Positions 42,881 to 52,238 of a DNA stretch of 64,000 nucleotides are shown here, one piece after another (positions within the stretch are counted from its first letter, which is position 1; each line of letters opens with the position of its first letter). The notes under the pieces are model-generated. The model worked only from the letters and a program-made list of their open reading frames with translations, was not told where the DNA came from and ran no database searches. The position numbers and the translations under genes were made by a program. The stretch lies in the NCBI GenBank assembly GCA_050012035.1, contig JBEKHY010000003.1, forward strand, positions 104,622 through 168,621, read 5' to 3'. Source of the DNA: Verrucomicrobiota bacterium (lineage in GTDB: Bacteria > Verrucomicrobiota > Verrucomicrobiia > Limisphaerales > UBA11358).

Positions 42881-43342
42881 ATGAAAGGCATTCAAGGTTA
42901 CCATCTCATCAAGCCGGAAGACCTCTTCTGGCGGCCCTCCAACCTGATGAAAATCCCGAACTCGGATTATCTGGAGCGCACCGGGAGTGAGAATCTTGGC
43001 GCGCGGCTCTGGCGGTTGCCACCCAGGAGCGCGAACACGCTGCACAAGCACATCCGGGCGGAGGAGTTCTATTTCGTGCTGGAAGGCGTGGGCCGCCTGC
43101 GCGTGGGCGACGAGACGTTGACCGTGCCGAAATACGGCGGCGTGCTGGTCAGGCCGGACCAGTTGCGCCAGGTGTTCAACGACACCGACGCCGAGGTACT
43201 CTGGCTTATCGTGGGTGCGCCAGAGGAACTGGAATTTCTGCCCGGTGCAAAGACCAAACCCGACATGTCGCTCATTTATCCGGTTGACCCGAAGCAACTG
43301 CCGAAAGAGCTGGCCGGCGTGGAATGGCCGCCGAAAGCCTGA
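42881..43342 (+). CDS. Cupin-domain protein
   Basis: Has LPPRSANTLHKHIRAEEFYFVLEGVGRLRVGDE...GGVLVRP. ATG 42881 preferred over the longer track ORF. Confidence 0.7.
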   Translation: MKGIQGYHLIKPEDLFWRPSNLMKIPNSDYLERTGSENLGARLWRLPPRSANTLHKHIRAEEFYFVLEGVGRLRVGDETLTVPKYGGVLVRPDQLRQVFNDTDAEVLWLIVGAPEELEFLPGAKTKPDMSLIYPVDPKQLPKELAGVEWPPKA

Positions 43343-43461
43343 ATTAAACTTTCACAGTAAGAAGGTTTTCAGGTCGTTCACGGCTTCAGGAGGCCAGCAA
43401 AATTTGACCGGTGACGCCAGAGCAGAAACAGCGCGAGGGATGGGCGATTCCAGTTCCTGGA

Positions 43462-43677
43462 TTACTCCGCCTTCGGAGATTTTTTGCGGGCCGACAACAA
43501 ATGCGCGCCTTTGAGCAGGCGGCAGAAGTCCTTTTTGCTGGTGACGATTTTCGTGCCGGCCTTGCTGGCGAGGCTGGCCAAGGATTTGTATTCCACTTCG
43601 AGCCGTTCCAACCGCACGATGCGGACGTATTCCCCGCCCTGTTTCCAGATCTGGCCTTGTTGCAGTTTCACCGCCAT
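43462..43677 (-). CDS. Hypothetical small protein
   Basis: 71-aa ORF with no competing gene. No motif recognised. Confidence 0.35.
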   Translation of the reverse strand: MAVKLQQGQIWKQGGEYVRIVRLERLEVEYKSLASLASKAGTKIVTSKKDFCRLLKGAHLLSARKKSPKAE

Positions 43678-44033
43678 GTAGTTTTGGGGAGTAATCTGTC
43701 CCTCCTGATTTTTGTGTCAGGAGAGACAGCGATGAGCCGCCGGCTACTTTTTCTTGCCGGCGGCCTGCTTGTCGGCGATGGCCTGTTTTTTCATCTGGTC
43801 GGCACTGTTGGCTTTGGCCTGTTTCTGGTTCGATTTCTTCTGGTTCGACTTCGGGGATCTATCGCCCATAATTTTGATTTTCTTTCGCGGATTGATTCAC
43901 CTGCGGCATGTCAGTTTCTCCGAAGGGACGCCCATCATGCCTGCCGGGGCGGTCATTGTAAATGATGGACACAAAATCATCCGGCAAAGGCAGCGATCGG
44001 GTTGGAATGATAATCAACGGAATTCTCAGGATT

Positions 44034-44227
44034 ATTGCCCAAAAGATAGTTGCCGATAGTTGTTGCCATCCCGCTGGAACCCGTCACACTTTGCCGGTCT
44101 GTTAGATAGCTTGTCTCTTTCAAGGCATGGTGAATCTTCAAGTGAACCTGGTTCAGTGATGATTTTAAACCCGATGTTCGGGAACAGTCTGTGGAAAGTA
44201 CCGGTTTGTCGGACAGTAAAACATCAC
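44034..44227 (+). promoter_or_regulatory. Conserved leader/5' region of RRM protein gene, copy 1
   Basis: Shares blocks with 45955-46152: gtctgttagatagctt, ggcatggtgaatcttca.gtgaac.tggttcagtgatgattt, cgggaacagtctg, taaaacatcacatgagcaa. Confidence 0.6.
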
Positions 44228-44515
44228 ATGAGCAACAAATTATTTGTCGGGAATCTTTCCTTTGACACCACCGAAAACGACCTGCAGGACGCGTTTGCCG
44301 CGCATGGCACGGTCGTGGAAACCAATCTGCTGATGGACCGGGAAACCGGCCGTCCGCGCGGTTTTGGTTTCATCACCATGAGCTCCGCCGAGGAAGCGCA
44401 AAAAGCCATCAGCGCGCTGAACGGCTCGCAACTGGGCGGCCGCGCCCTCACGGTCAACGTGGCCAAGCCGCGTGAAGAACGTCCGGCCGGCGGCGGTCGT
44501 CGCGAACGCTACTGA
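44228..44515 (+). CDS. RRM-type RNA-binding protein
   Basis: 95 aa. RNP-2 is LFVGNLSF and RNP-1 is RGFGFITM. Gly/Arg-rich tail. Confidence 0.9.
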   Translation: MSNKLFVGNLSFDTTENDLQDAFAAHGTVVETNLLMDRETGRPRGFGFITMSSAEEAQKAISALNGSQLGGRALTVNVAKPREERPAGGGRRERY

Positions 44516-44533
44516 TCCATTTTGGATTTCAGG

Positions 44534-44573
44534 GCGGGGTTCGGTGAAAACCGGACTCCGCCTTTTTATTTTT
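44534..44573 (+). terminator. Rho-independent terminator
   Basis: GGCGGGGTTCGG-tgaaaa-CCGGACTCCGCC (two G:T wobbles) followed by TTTTTATTTTT. Confidence 0.7.
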
Positions 44574-44665
44574 CGGTTCGTCCCAACTGCTCTCGTTTCA
44601 CCAGCACACGCTCGATGCGGCGGTGGGGAACTGGGCGTGGCTGAGAACTGACACCGAAAGTCGGG

Positions 44666-44725
44666 ATGGAACAAAAAGCTCGCGAATTTGTGGGAAAAGG
44701 AGCAGAGGTTTACGCGAAGGCATGA
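44666..44725 (+). pseudogene. Third, diverged relic of the thiC 3' end
   Basis: Encodes [19 protein letters not shown]-stop. The copy at 35800-35856 encodes [19 protein letters not shown]-stop, so 14/19 aa are identical. Confidence 0.55.
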
Positions 44726-44750
44726 TGCGCCGCCTGAAAACAACAACAGC

Positions 44751-45827
44751 ATGAACTACACGAAGACCATTGCCGTTTCCGAACTTCCGGAAGGAACGCA
44801 AAAGGCCGTAACGCTCGCGGGGCAGGATGTTGCCCTGTTTCATCACGGAGGAAAAATCACCGCACTCTGCGGCACCTGCCCCCACCAGGGCGGCCCGCTG
44901 GCCGAAGGAAAAGTCGAGCGCGGAACCGACGGTGTGCTGCGTGTCGCGTGTCCATGGCACGGCTGGAAATTCGACATTGCGAGCGGTAACGCGCCCCCGG
45001 GACGCGGGGTGCGGCAGGCGGTGCATGACGTAAAGATTCAGGATGGCTTTATTTTCGTGTCGGACACGCCATCGATCCCGGCGATTTCGCCTCCGAAACG
45101 TGATGATCCGTTGGCCGACCTGCGGAATCTTGCCTGCCAGACCACGCCGGCGTCGCTCAATGTGCTCGGCATTTCCACCACGAACATGGGAATGCAACTC
45201 GCCCGTTATTCGACGAGCGAAGCCGCGTTGGAGCAGGCGCTCGCGCACGCCGCCGCGCAGCACGGTGCGGCCACGCGGCTCATCAAACTGCGCGACATCG
45301 GCTTTCGTCATTGCGAGGGTTATTACAGCCATTCGGTCACCGCCTGCACCTGGCCCTGTTCGATTTCGGAGCAGGATGCCGCGGATGGGATGAACCGGGT
45401 CTATCGCGACCTGGTTTTGTGGGCTGACGTGGTATTGCTGGCCACGCCGATCCGCTGGGGCAACGCGTCGTCGCTTTACTACAAAATGGCCGAGCGCCTG
45501 AACTGCGTGCAAAACCAGATCACCCTCCACCACCGCGTGCTCATCCAGAAGAAGGTCGCCGCGTTCATTGTCACGGGCGGGCAGGACAACATCCAGCAGG
45601 TGGCCGGGCAATTGAACACGTTTTTCACCGCTCTCGGCTTCACCCTTCCGCCGTTCAACTTCGTCGGCTGGAGCCGGGGTTGGATCGCCGAAGACATGGA
45701 AAACAACGTGGCCGAGTTCAAGAAGAGTCAATACCTGATGCAAACGGTCAAGGAACTCGTCAACCACAGTGTCCTGCTCTCCCGGCAAATCAAGGGGATT
45801 TCTCCCGCTTCACCAGCACGCGCTTGA
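44751..45827 (+). CDS. Rieske [2Fe-2S] domain fused to a flavodoxin/NADPH-dependent FMN reductase-like domain
   Basis: N-terminal Rieske ligands: CPHQGGPL...CPWHGWKF. The C-terminal part (LNVLGISTT...LVLWADVVLLATPIRWGN.SSLYYKMAERL...AAFIVTGGQDN) is flavodoxin-like. Confidence 0.8.
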   Translation: MNYTKTIAVSELPEGTQKAVTLAGQDVALFHHGGKITALCGTCPHQGGPLAEGKVERGTDGVLRVACPWHGWKFDIASGNAPPGRGVRQAVHDVKIQDGFIFVSDTPSIPAISPPKRDDPLADLRNLACQTTPASLNVLGISTTNMGMQLARYSTSEAALEQALAHAAAQHGAATRLIKLRDIGFRHCEGYYSHSVTACTWPCSISEQDAADGMNRVYRDLVLWADVVLLATPIRWGNASSLYYKMAERLNCVQNQITLHHRVLIQKKVAAFIVTGGQDNIQQVAGQLNTFFTALGFTLPPFNFVGWSRGWIAEDMENNVAEFKKSQYLMQTVKELVNHSVLLSRQIKGISPASPARA

Positions 45828-45954
45828 TGCGGCGGTCCGGAACGAGCCACAGGAGGACGACGAACACGTAATTGCAGCCGGCCATCCACATCTGAAAGAA
45901 TGATACCGGAATGGCGATGAGATATGAACCGGCGCGGGGGCTGGCGACACGCGA

Positions 45955-46152
45955 TTTTGCCCCCAAAAGAAAGTTGCCGATTGTTGTTGCTATTCCGGTA
46001 GAATCAGCGATATTGCACCCGTCTGTTAGATAGCTTAACGCTTCCACGGCATGGTGAATCTTCAGGTGAACTTGGTTCAGTGATGATTTGAAATCCGATT
46101 AACGGGAACAGTCTGGCTAGAGCAACGGTTGATCTCACAGTTAAAACATCAC
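45955..46152 (+). promoter_or_regulatory. Conserved leader/5' region of RRM protein gene, copy 2
   Basis: See 44034-44227. Same conserved blocks in the same order. Confidence 0.6.
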
Positions 46153-46458
46153 ATGAGCAATAAATTGTTTGTAGGAAATCTATCCTTCGAAACCACGGAA
46201 AACGACCTGCAGGACGCCTTCGCGGCGCACGGCACCGTCGTTGAAGCCAACCTGATGACGGACCGGGTCACCGGCCGTCCCCGCGGTTTTGGCTTCATCA
46301 CCATGAGCACGCCTGAAGAGGCGCAAAAAGCCATTGCCGCGCTGAACGGCTCGCAACTGGGCGGACGCGCCCTCACGGTCAACGTCGCCAAGCCGCGCGA
46401 AGAGCGGCCGGCTGGCGGTGGCCGTCGTGAATACGGCGGCAGTCGCAATCGCTACTGA
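46153..46458 (+). CDS. RRM-type RNA-binding protein (paralog)
   Basis: 101 aa. Has LFVGNLSF and RGFGFITM. Close paralog of 44228-44515. Confidence 0.9.
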   Translation: MSNKLFVGNLSFETTENDLQDAFAAHGTVVEANLMTDRVTGRPRGFGFITMSTPEEAQKAIAALNGSQLGGRALTVNVAKPREERPAGGGRREYGGSRNRY

Positions 46459-46476
46459 TCGCGTTTGAGATTTCAC

Positions 46477-46513
46477 GGCGGGGTTCGGGTGAACCGAGCC
46501 CCGTCTTTTTATT
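46477..46513 (+). terminator. Rho-independent terminator
   Basis: GGCGGGGTTCGG-gtgaa-CCGAGCCCCGTC followed by TTTTTATT. Confidence 0.7.
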
Positions 46514-46583
46514 CGGCAGCGTCCCGTTCGCCGGTCGGTCGGGTGTTGCTGTTGCCAACCGATCCGGTAAACTGAACCGGTTC

Positions 46584-46799
46584 ATGAAAGAAGAACACAT
46601 TGAAGTCGAAGGCCGCGTCACCACCGTGCTGCCGGGTACGATGTTCCGGGTGGAGCTGGACAACAAACATCTCGTGCTGGCCACCATCTGCGGCAAGATG
46701 CGCAAACGCTGGGTGCGTCTGACCGTCGGCGACCGCGTGAAGATGGACATGTCGCCCTACGACTTGAACAAGGCGCGCATCACTTGGCGATTGAGATAG
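46584..46799 (+). CDS. infA: Translation initiation factor IF-1
   Basis: 71 aa. EVEGRVTTVLPGTMFRVELDNKHLVLATICGKMRKRWVRLTVGDRVKMDMSPYDLNKARITWR is canonical IF-1. Confidence 0.95.
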   Translation: MKEEHIEVEGRVTTVLPGTMFRVELDNKHLVLATICGKMRKRWVRLTVGDRVKMDMSPYDLNKARITWRLR

Positions 46800-46998
46800 G
46801 AACCCGACTCTTTGCGAAGGGCAACCACGCCATCTCGTTGTGGCTCAGGAAAGGGCGGCCCAAGTCGCGGACGCGTCGCTTGAATTCGATGGCGGTTTCA
46901 GGGGATGCAGCAGGGCAGACATGGCCCCTTTTCCCAGGAAATTTCTGCCACAAAAAAGCTCGCCAACGGATTCAGAAAAGGGCAAAAATGGCTGTGAC

Positions 46999-47229
46999 AT
47001 GAGCACAAATGATTCAACTGCAAAGCGGGCTGCCCAAAAGCTCATGCCTGCGAAGAAACGCGCGCCGGGCTGGCAGATTCGCTGCTTGAAATGCGACTTC
47101 GCCGAACCGTGGAGCAAACACGGCATCGGACGTAAAGCCACAAAACCGATGTACGTCTCCGGCCGCTGCCCGCAATGCAAACGCATCCGCTTCCGTGTCA
47201 TCGAAAAGGTTCCGACTGCGCAATTTTAA
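46999..47229 (+). CDS. Small zinc-ribbon protein (hypothetical)
   Basis: 76 aa with CLKC...CPQC. Start chosen at ATG 46999. Confidence 0.4.
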   Translation: MSTNDSTAKRAAQKLMPAKKRAPGWQIRCLKCDFAEPWSKHGIGRKATKPMYVSGRCPQCKRIRFRVIEKVPTAQF

Positions 47230-47429
47230 GCGGGAACCGTGGTGTGGCGTCCGGCCTGTGGCCGAAAAGAATCGAGCTTGGGACTCGGCGCCACAATTGG
47301 TTTGACTCTACCAGGCCGTCCGCGATTGCATTTTTCCGTGGCTTTGTGCCGCTGGACTGAATTTCTCGCAAGAAAAGATCTGCTGCAAATTGGAACCGCA
47401 CGGCGGCTTGTGCTAGCATCAATCTCCAA

Positions 47430-48374
47430 ATGAAAACACAAGTGCTCGGAAATTCGGACATGGCCATCACCTCCATCGGCTTCGGCGCCTGGGCCATCGG
47501 CGGCGACTGGGAATTTGGCTGGGGCGCGCAGGACGATGCGCAATCCATCGCGGCGATCCATCGCGCGCTCGAACTGGGTGTGAACTGGATTGACACGGCG
47601 GCCATTTACGGGCTGGGCCATTCCGAGGAGGTCGTCGCGCGCGCGTTACGCGAATGGAAAGGCGCCCGGCCTTACGTCTTCACCAAATGCGGCATGTTGT
47701 GGAACAACAAGGGCGATATCAGCTACTCGTTGCATGCCGATTCCGTCCGGCGCGAATGCGAAGCCAGTCTGCGCCGGCTCAAAACCGATGTGATTGACCT
47801 CTATCAAATCCATTGGACGGCGGACGATTTAAACGAGACGGTCGAAGGCTGGACGGCGCTCGCCGCCCTGCAAAAAGAAGGCAAGGTGCACTGGATTGGC
47901 GTGTCGAACGCCAGCGTCGAGGAAATGCAAAAGTTGCAATCCATCGCGCGCATCACGTCGCTGCAACCGCCGTATTCACTCATCCGGCGCGCTGTGGAAT
48001 CGGCGCAACTGCCGTGGTGCCAGCGCGAAAAGGTTGGCGTGATTGTTTATTCGCCAATGGCGTCCGGCCTGCTCACCGGCGCGATGACGCGCGAACGCAT
48101 TGCGTCGTTGCCGAAAAATGATTGGCGCAACAAGAACGATCAATTCCAGGAACCGAAATTGTCGGTGAACCTCAAAGTAGTGGAACGGCTGCGGGCGGTG
48201 GGCGCGCGACACGGCCGTTCGCCGGGCGAAGTGGCCATCGCCTGGACGCTGCGTCATCCGGCGGTGACGGGTGCGATTGTCGGCGCGCGCAACGCGAAGC
48301 AGGTGGACGGCATCATCGGCGCGATGGATTTCCGGCTCACGCCGCCGGAAATTGCGGAAGTGGAAGGGAAATAA
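47430..48374 (+). CDS. Aldo/keto reductase
   Basis: Has GFGAWAIGG...WIDTAAIYG...DLYQIHW...GVSN. Confidence 0.9.
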   Translation: MKTQVLGNSDMAITSIGFGAWAIGGDWEFGWGAQDDAQSIAAIHRALELGVNWIDTAAIYGLGHSEEVVARALREWKGARPYVFTKCGMLWNNKGDISYSLHADSVRRECEASLRRLKTDVIDLYQIHWTADDLNETVEGWTALAALQKEGKVHWIGVSNASVEEMQKLQSIARITSLQPPYSLIRRAVESAQLPWCQREKVGVIVYSPMASGLLTGAMTRERIASLPKNDWRNKNDQFQEPKLSVNLKVVERLRAVGARHGRSPGEVAIAWTLRHPAVTGAIVGARNAKQVDGIIGAMDFRLTPPEIAEVEGK

Positions 48375-48387
48375 AAAACCGGCCAGC

Positions 48388-48429
48388 GGGTTTTTACGCT
48401 AATTTCGCCAATTATCGCGGATTGAATCA
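48388..48429 (+). repeat. 42-bp intergenic repeat, copy 1 (cgggtttttacgc.aatttcgc...tcgcg.attgaatc)
   Basis: A near-identical copy lies at 51451-51492. Both sit just downstream of a + strand stop codon. Confidence 0.75.
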
Positions 48430-48634
48430 AACAGCTGCGGAGCAGCAACAGAGAGTAGCCCACGGCGTCAGCCGTGGGTGTGAGTGTGTAGATTCCGAGC
48501 CGCGTAGCGGCGAAAGAAAACCCCCGTTAGGAAAGCGTGATTCTGTCGCCCTGCTTGCCGCGATAAATCCCACAGTGCAGGAGAAGGCGGGCCGGGGCTT
48601 ATGGTTATTTCGACCGGTTCCCAAGGCGCAGTTG

Positions 48635-49366
48635 CTACGAAACCGTTTTCCGGTCGGCCAGAATTTCCTGTTCCGCCGCAATGATGGAGTCGCGCATGCT
48701 CCCGGCGTCGGGCGCCTCGCGAAGCCGGTCGAGCAATTTGGTTTTCTGCACGATGAGGCACAGGCGGGCCAGGGTGTGCAAATGCAGCCGGTCGTCCTGG
48801 CAGCAAATCAGGAAGAACAGATGCGTTGGCTGGCCGTCAGGCGCGCCGAAATGGATTTCCTGGACCGGCCGCCCCACCACCATGAACGAAGTCTCAAACA
48901 GGTAAGGGTCATGGGACCGCGGGTGCGGCAGTGCCAATCCGCCCGGTAGCGCCGTGGAACACAATTCCTCGCGCGCCTCCAGGCTGGCCAGCAGGGTTTT
49001 GGGATCGCTGAGGCAACCGGTTTTTTCCGCGAGCGCCACCAGATCGCGCAGGACGGACGCCTTGGTCTTGGACGTCATGGCCGACGCGATGGCTCCCGAC
49101 TTGAGCATTTCCGGCAGGATGGCTTCTTGCGGCAGGATTTTCCGTGTAAAGCGCGTGGTTTCCTGGTGATAAACGGCCAACTGCTGACCGGTTGAACCGA
49201 GGATACGTTGCGAGGCCCACGCGTCAATTTCGGCCTTGCGAAAAACAATCCGGTCGCCGCGCTTTTCAAAAGGAATTTCGCGGTTCTTCACCCGCTCCTC
49301 AATTTCGGCGGGCGTGAGGTGCAAATAATTGGCGACCCCGTCAAGATCAAGTAGTCGGAATGGCAT
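48635..49366 (-). CDS. PTS EIIA-type-2 (PtsN-like) regulatory protein with N-terminal excisionase-type HTH
   Basis: The N-terminus (VANYLHLTPAEIEERVKNREIPFEKRGDRIVFRKAEIDAW) looks like an HTH. The C-terminus has the EIIA-2 pattern with GGLALPHPR. Confidence 0.8.
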   Translation of the reverse strand: MPFRLLDLDGVANYLHLTPAEIEERVKNREIPFEKRGDRIVFRKAEIDAWASQRILGSTGQQLAVYHQETTRFTRKILPQEAILPEMLKSGAIASAMTSKTKASVLRDLVALAEKTGCLSDPKTLLASLEAREELCSTALPGGLALPHPRSHDPYLFETSFMVVGRPVQEIHFGAPDGQPTHLFFLICCQDDRLHLHTLARLCLIVQKTKLLDRLREAPDAGSMRDSIIAAEQEILADRKTVS

Positions 49367-49452
49367 AAACTTGCGCGTCGTGGCGCGCTTTAATTAAACG
49401 CCAAATCCAGGCCCGTGACAATCTGCTTTGCACCTAGGCGGTGTCCTTATTT

Positions 49453-49507
49453 GGTAGGGACGCCTCGCCGAGGCGTCCGCGGACGGCTGGGGCCAGCCGT
49501 CCCCACC
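49453..49507 (+). repeat. GGTAGGGAC-type nested REP element
   Basis: Sequence is GGTAGGGACGCCTCGCCGAGGCGTCC...GACGGCTGGGGCCAGCCGTCCCCACC. Related copies lie at 5268-5327, 11484-11539 and 58528-58579. Confidence 0.8.
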
Positions 49508-49579
49508 TCGGAACTTAGGACACTTCCGAAAAAACTGGAAATTTTCCGAAAATGGCGGACAAGTAACGAAGGGATTTTT

Positions 49580-50608
<1,029 letters not shown>

Positions 50609-50684
50609 GGAAAATGCGTCTTCTGCAGGAAGACGCGTCAAACGTAGTCTTTACACGTCGTTACGGCTGCCATAATCTCGGTGC

Positions 50685-51440
50685 ATGGCCGACGCTGCTC
50701 CACTACCGAGGCGTTTCGCATTCCACTTGGTGTTCGCGTGTTTTCTTGGCGCACTGCTGTTCGCTGGCTGCGGGAGGCCATCTTCTGCTCCCACAAGTCA
50801 AACCAAAGCGACCACCAATACTGCGCCGCCGCGGGAGGTGGCCGGTCCGGGCCCCAATGAGAAGGTCTGCTTCGCGTGCAATGGGCAAGGCACGGTGCCG
50901 TGTCCCGTGCCCGGTTGTAAAAACGGTCAGGTGGATTGTCCGGGACCTTGTCTCAAACTGTCGCGCGCATGGATACACATGGATGTGGCCGGGCATGATC
51001 CAAGCGAACTATGGGCGAAATTTCCAAACCAGAGTGGCCTGGGAGGATATCAGGCCTGGAATCAGCATCATCTTGGCGAGGTCATCGTGTATCAAAATGG
51101 TGTGGCGGTGAACCTCGGCAAATGCAAGATTTGCGGCGGCACCGGCAAGGTGAAATGCGATGTCTGCAAAGGAACCGGAAGGGTAATCTGCCCGATTTGC
51201 AACGGACAAAAGTTCATTCCGATCGCTTGGACGCCCACGGATAATCCGTGGTTCAATAGTCAACCGGATGTGATACGGCTCGCGGACGGACGGGTGATTC
51301 TGGGCCGGGTGGCGGCGTCGGTGGGCGACGATAGAACGATCATCACGCGCGACAAAAAAGTCCTGCACGTGAAGGCATCAGACATCCTGCCCAAGGCGCA
51401 GACAAATTCTCCCGCTGCTCAAACTTCGCCGGCAATCTGA
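50685..51440 (+). CDS. Putative lipoprotein with DnaJ-type CxxCxGxG zinc-finger repeats
   Basis: Lipobox-like LFAGC. Cys repeats: CFACNGQGTVPC, CKICGGTGKVKCDVCKGTGRVICPICNG. Confidence 0.65.
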   Translation: MADAAPLPRRFAFHLVFACFLGALLFAGCGRPSSAPTSQTKATTNTAPPREVAGPGPNEKVCFACNGQGTVPCPVPGCKNGQVDCPGPCLKLSRAWIHMDVAGHDPSELWAKFPNQSGLGGYQAWNQHHLGEVIVYQNGVAVNLGKCKICGGTGKVKCDVCKGTGRVICPICNGQKFIPIAWTPTDNPWFNSQPDVIRLADGRVILGRVAASVGDDRTIITRDKKVLHVKASDILPKAQTNSPAAQTSPAI

Positions 51441-51450
51441 GCGCGCACGC

Positions 51451-51492
51451 CGGGTTTTTACGCGAATTTCGCTGATAGTCGCGAATTGAATC
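51451..51492 (+). repeat. 42-bp intergenic repeat, copy 2
   Basis: See 48388-48429. Confidence 0.75.
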
Positions 51493-51558
51493 TACTGCAC
51501 GGTTTCAAAGGAAACAGGTAATCCTTGTTGCACCAACCAAAAATGCTTAGAAAAAGTC

Positions 51559-52053
51559 ATGGCCCAGAACAATTCGCCAATTGACCCGCGAGTCCGCATC
51601 GGTCACGTGCATTTGAAGGTGGCGGACCTCGAACGTGCATTGAAATTTTACCACGGTGTGCTCGGATTTGAGCTGACGCAGCATCTGGGCCGGCAGGCAG
51701 CGTTTCTTTCCGCCGGCGGTTATCATCATCACATCGGATTGAACATCTGGGAAAGCGCGGGCGGCCCGCCGCCACCGCCCGGCACGACCGGTCTGTATCA
51801 CCTGGCCATTGTGTATCCGACCCGCACGTTGCTGGCTGATGCGTTGCGTCGCTTGCTGGCCGCGGGCATCGAACTTGATGGTGCCTCGGACCACGGCGTG
51901 AGTGAGGCATTGTATCTGCGCGACCCGGACGGCAACGGCGTTGAACTTTACTGGGACCGTCCAAAAGAGCAATGGCCGCGCACACCCGATGGCGGCCTCG
52001 CAATGTTCACTCATGCGCTGGATTTGGACGCGTTGCTGAAAGAGGCTCCATGA
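51559..52053 (+). CDS. VOC (glyoxalase/dioxygenase) family protein
   Basis: Has IGHVHLKVADLERALKFYHGVLGFEL...YHHHIGLN...HLAI...ALYLRDPDGNGVELY. Confidence 0.85.
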   Translation: MAQNNSPIDPRVRIGHVHLKVADLERALKFYHGVLGFELTQHLGRQAAFLSAGGYHHHIGLNIWESAGGPPPPPGTTGLYHLAIVYPTRTLLADALRRLLAAGIELDGASDHGVSEALYLRDPDGNGVELYWDRPKEQWPRTPDGGLAMFTHALDLDALLKEAP

Positions 52054-52238
52054 AAGGCATGGAAGGATTGGAAAAGACCGGAATTTCAGCCCTGCCATCC
52101 AATCGCCGCCCGAGCAGTAGCACCAGATGGCATCTGGCAATGTTGCCATGTTGACGGCTGGCTGGATTGCTGGCAAGCGATGGCCGTGAAATTTCTCTTT
52201 GCCCGCTTGTCCAAATCAGCCACTCTCTGGCTAACGTT

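Noticed and set aside
43411-43965. 184-aa + strand ORF, and a 41-aa Lys/Gln-rich minus-strand ORF at 43744-43869.
   Set aside because: The + ORF overlaps the more plausible 43462-43677(-) ORF and has no motif. The 41-aa ORF (MGDRSPKSNQKKSNQKQAKANSADQMKKQAIADKQAAGKKK) is plausible but too short to support without expression or conservation data.
45790-46047. 85-aa minus-strand ORF between the Rieske-flavoprotein gene and rbp copy 2.
   Set aside because: Its 5' half overlaps the conserved rbp leader. Only the hydrophobic C-terminal ~35-50 aa could be real. I treated it as a possible small membrane gene or remnant rather than a confident CDS.
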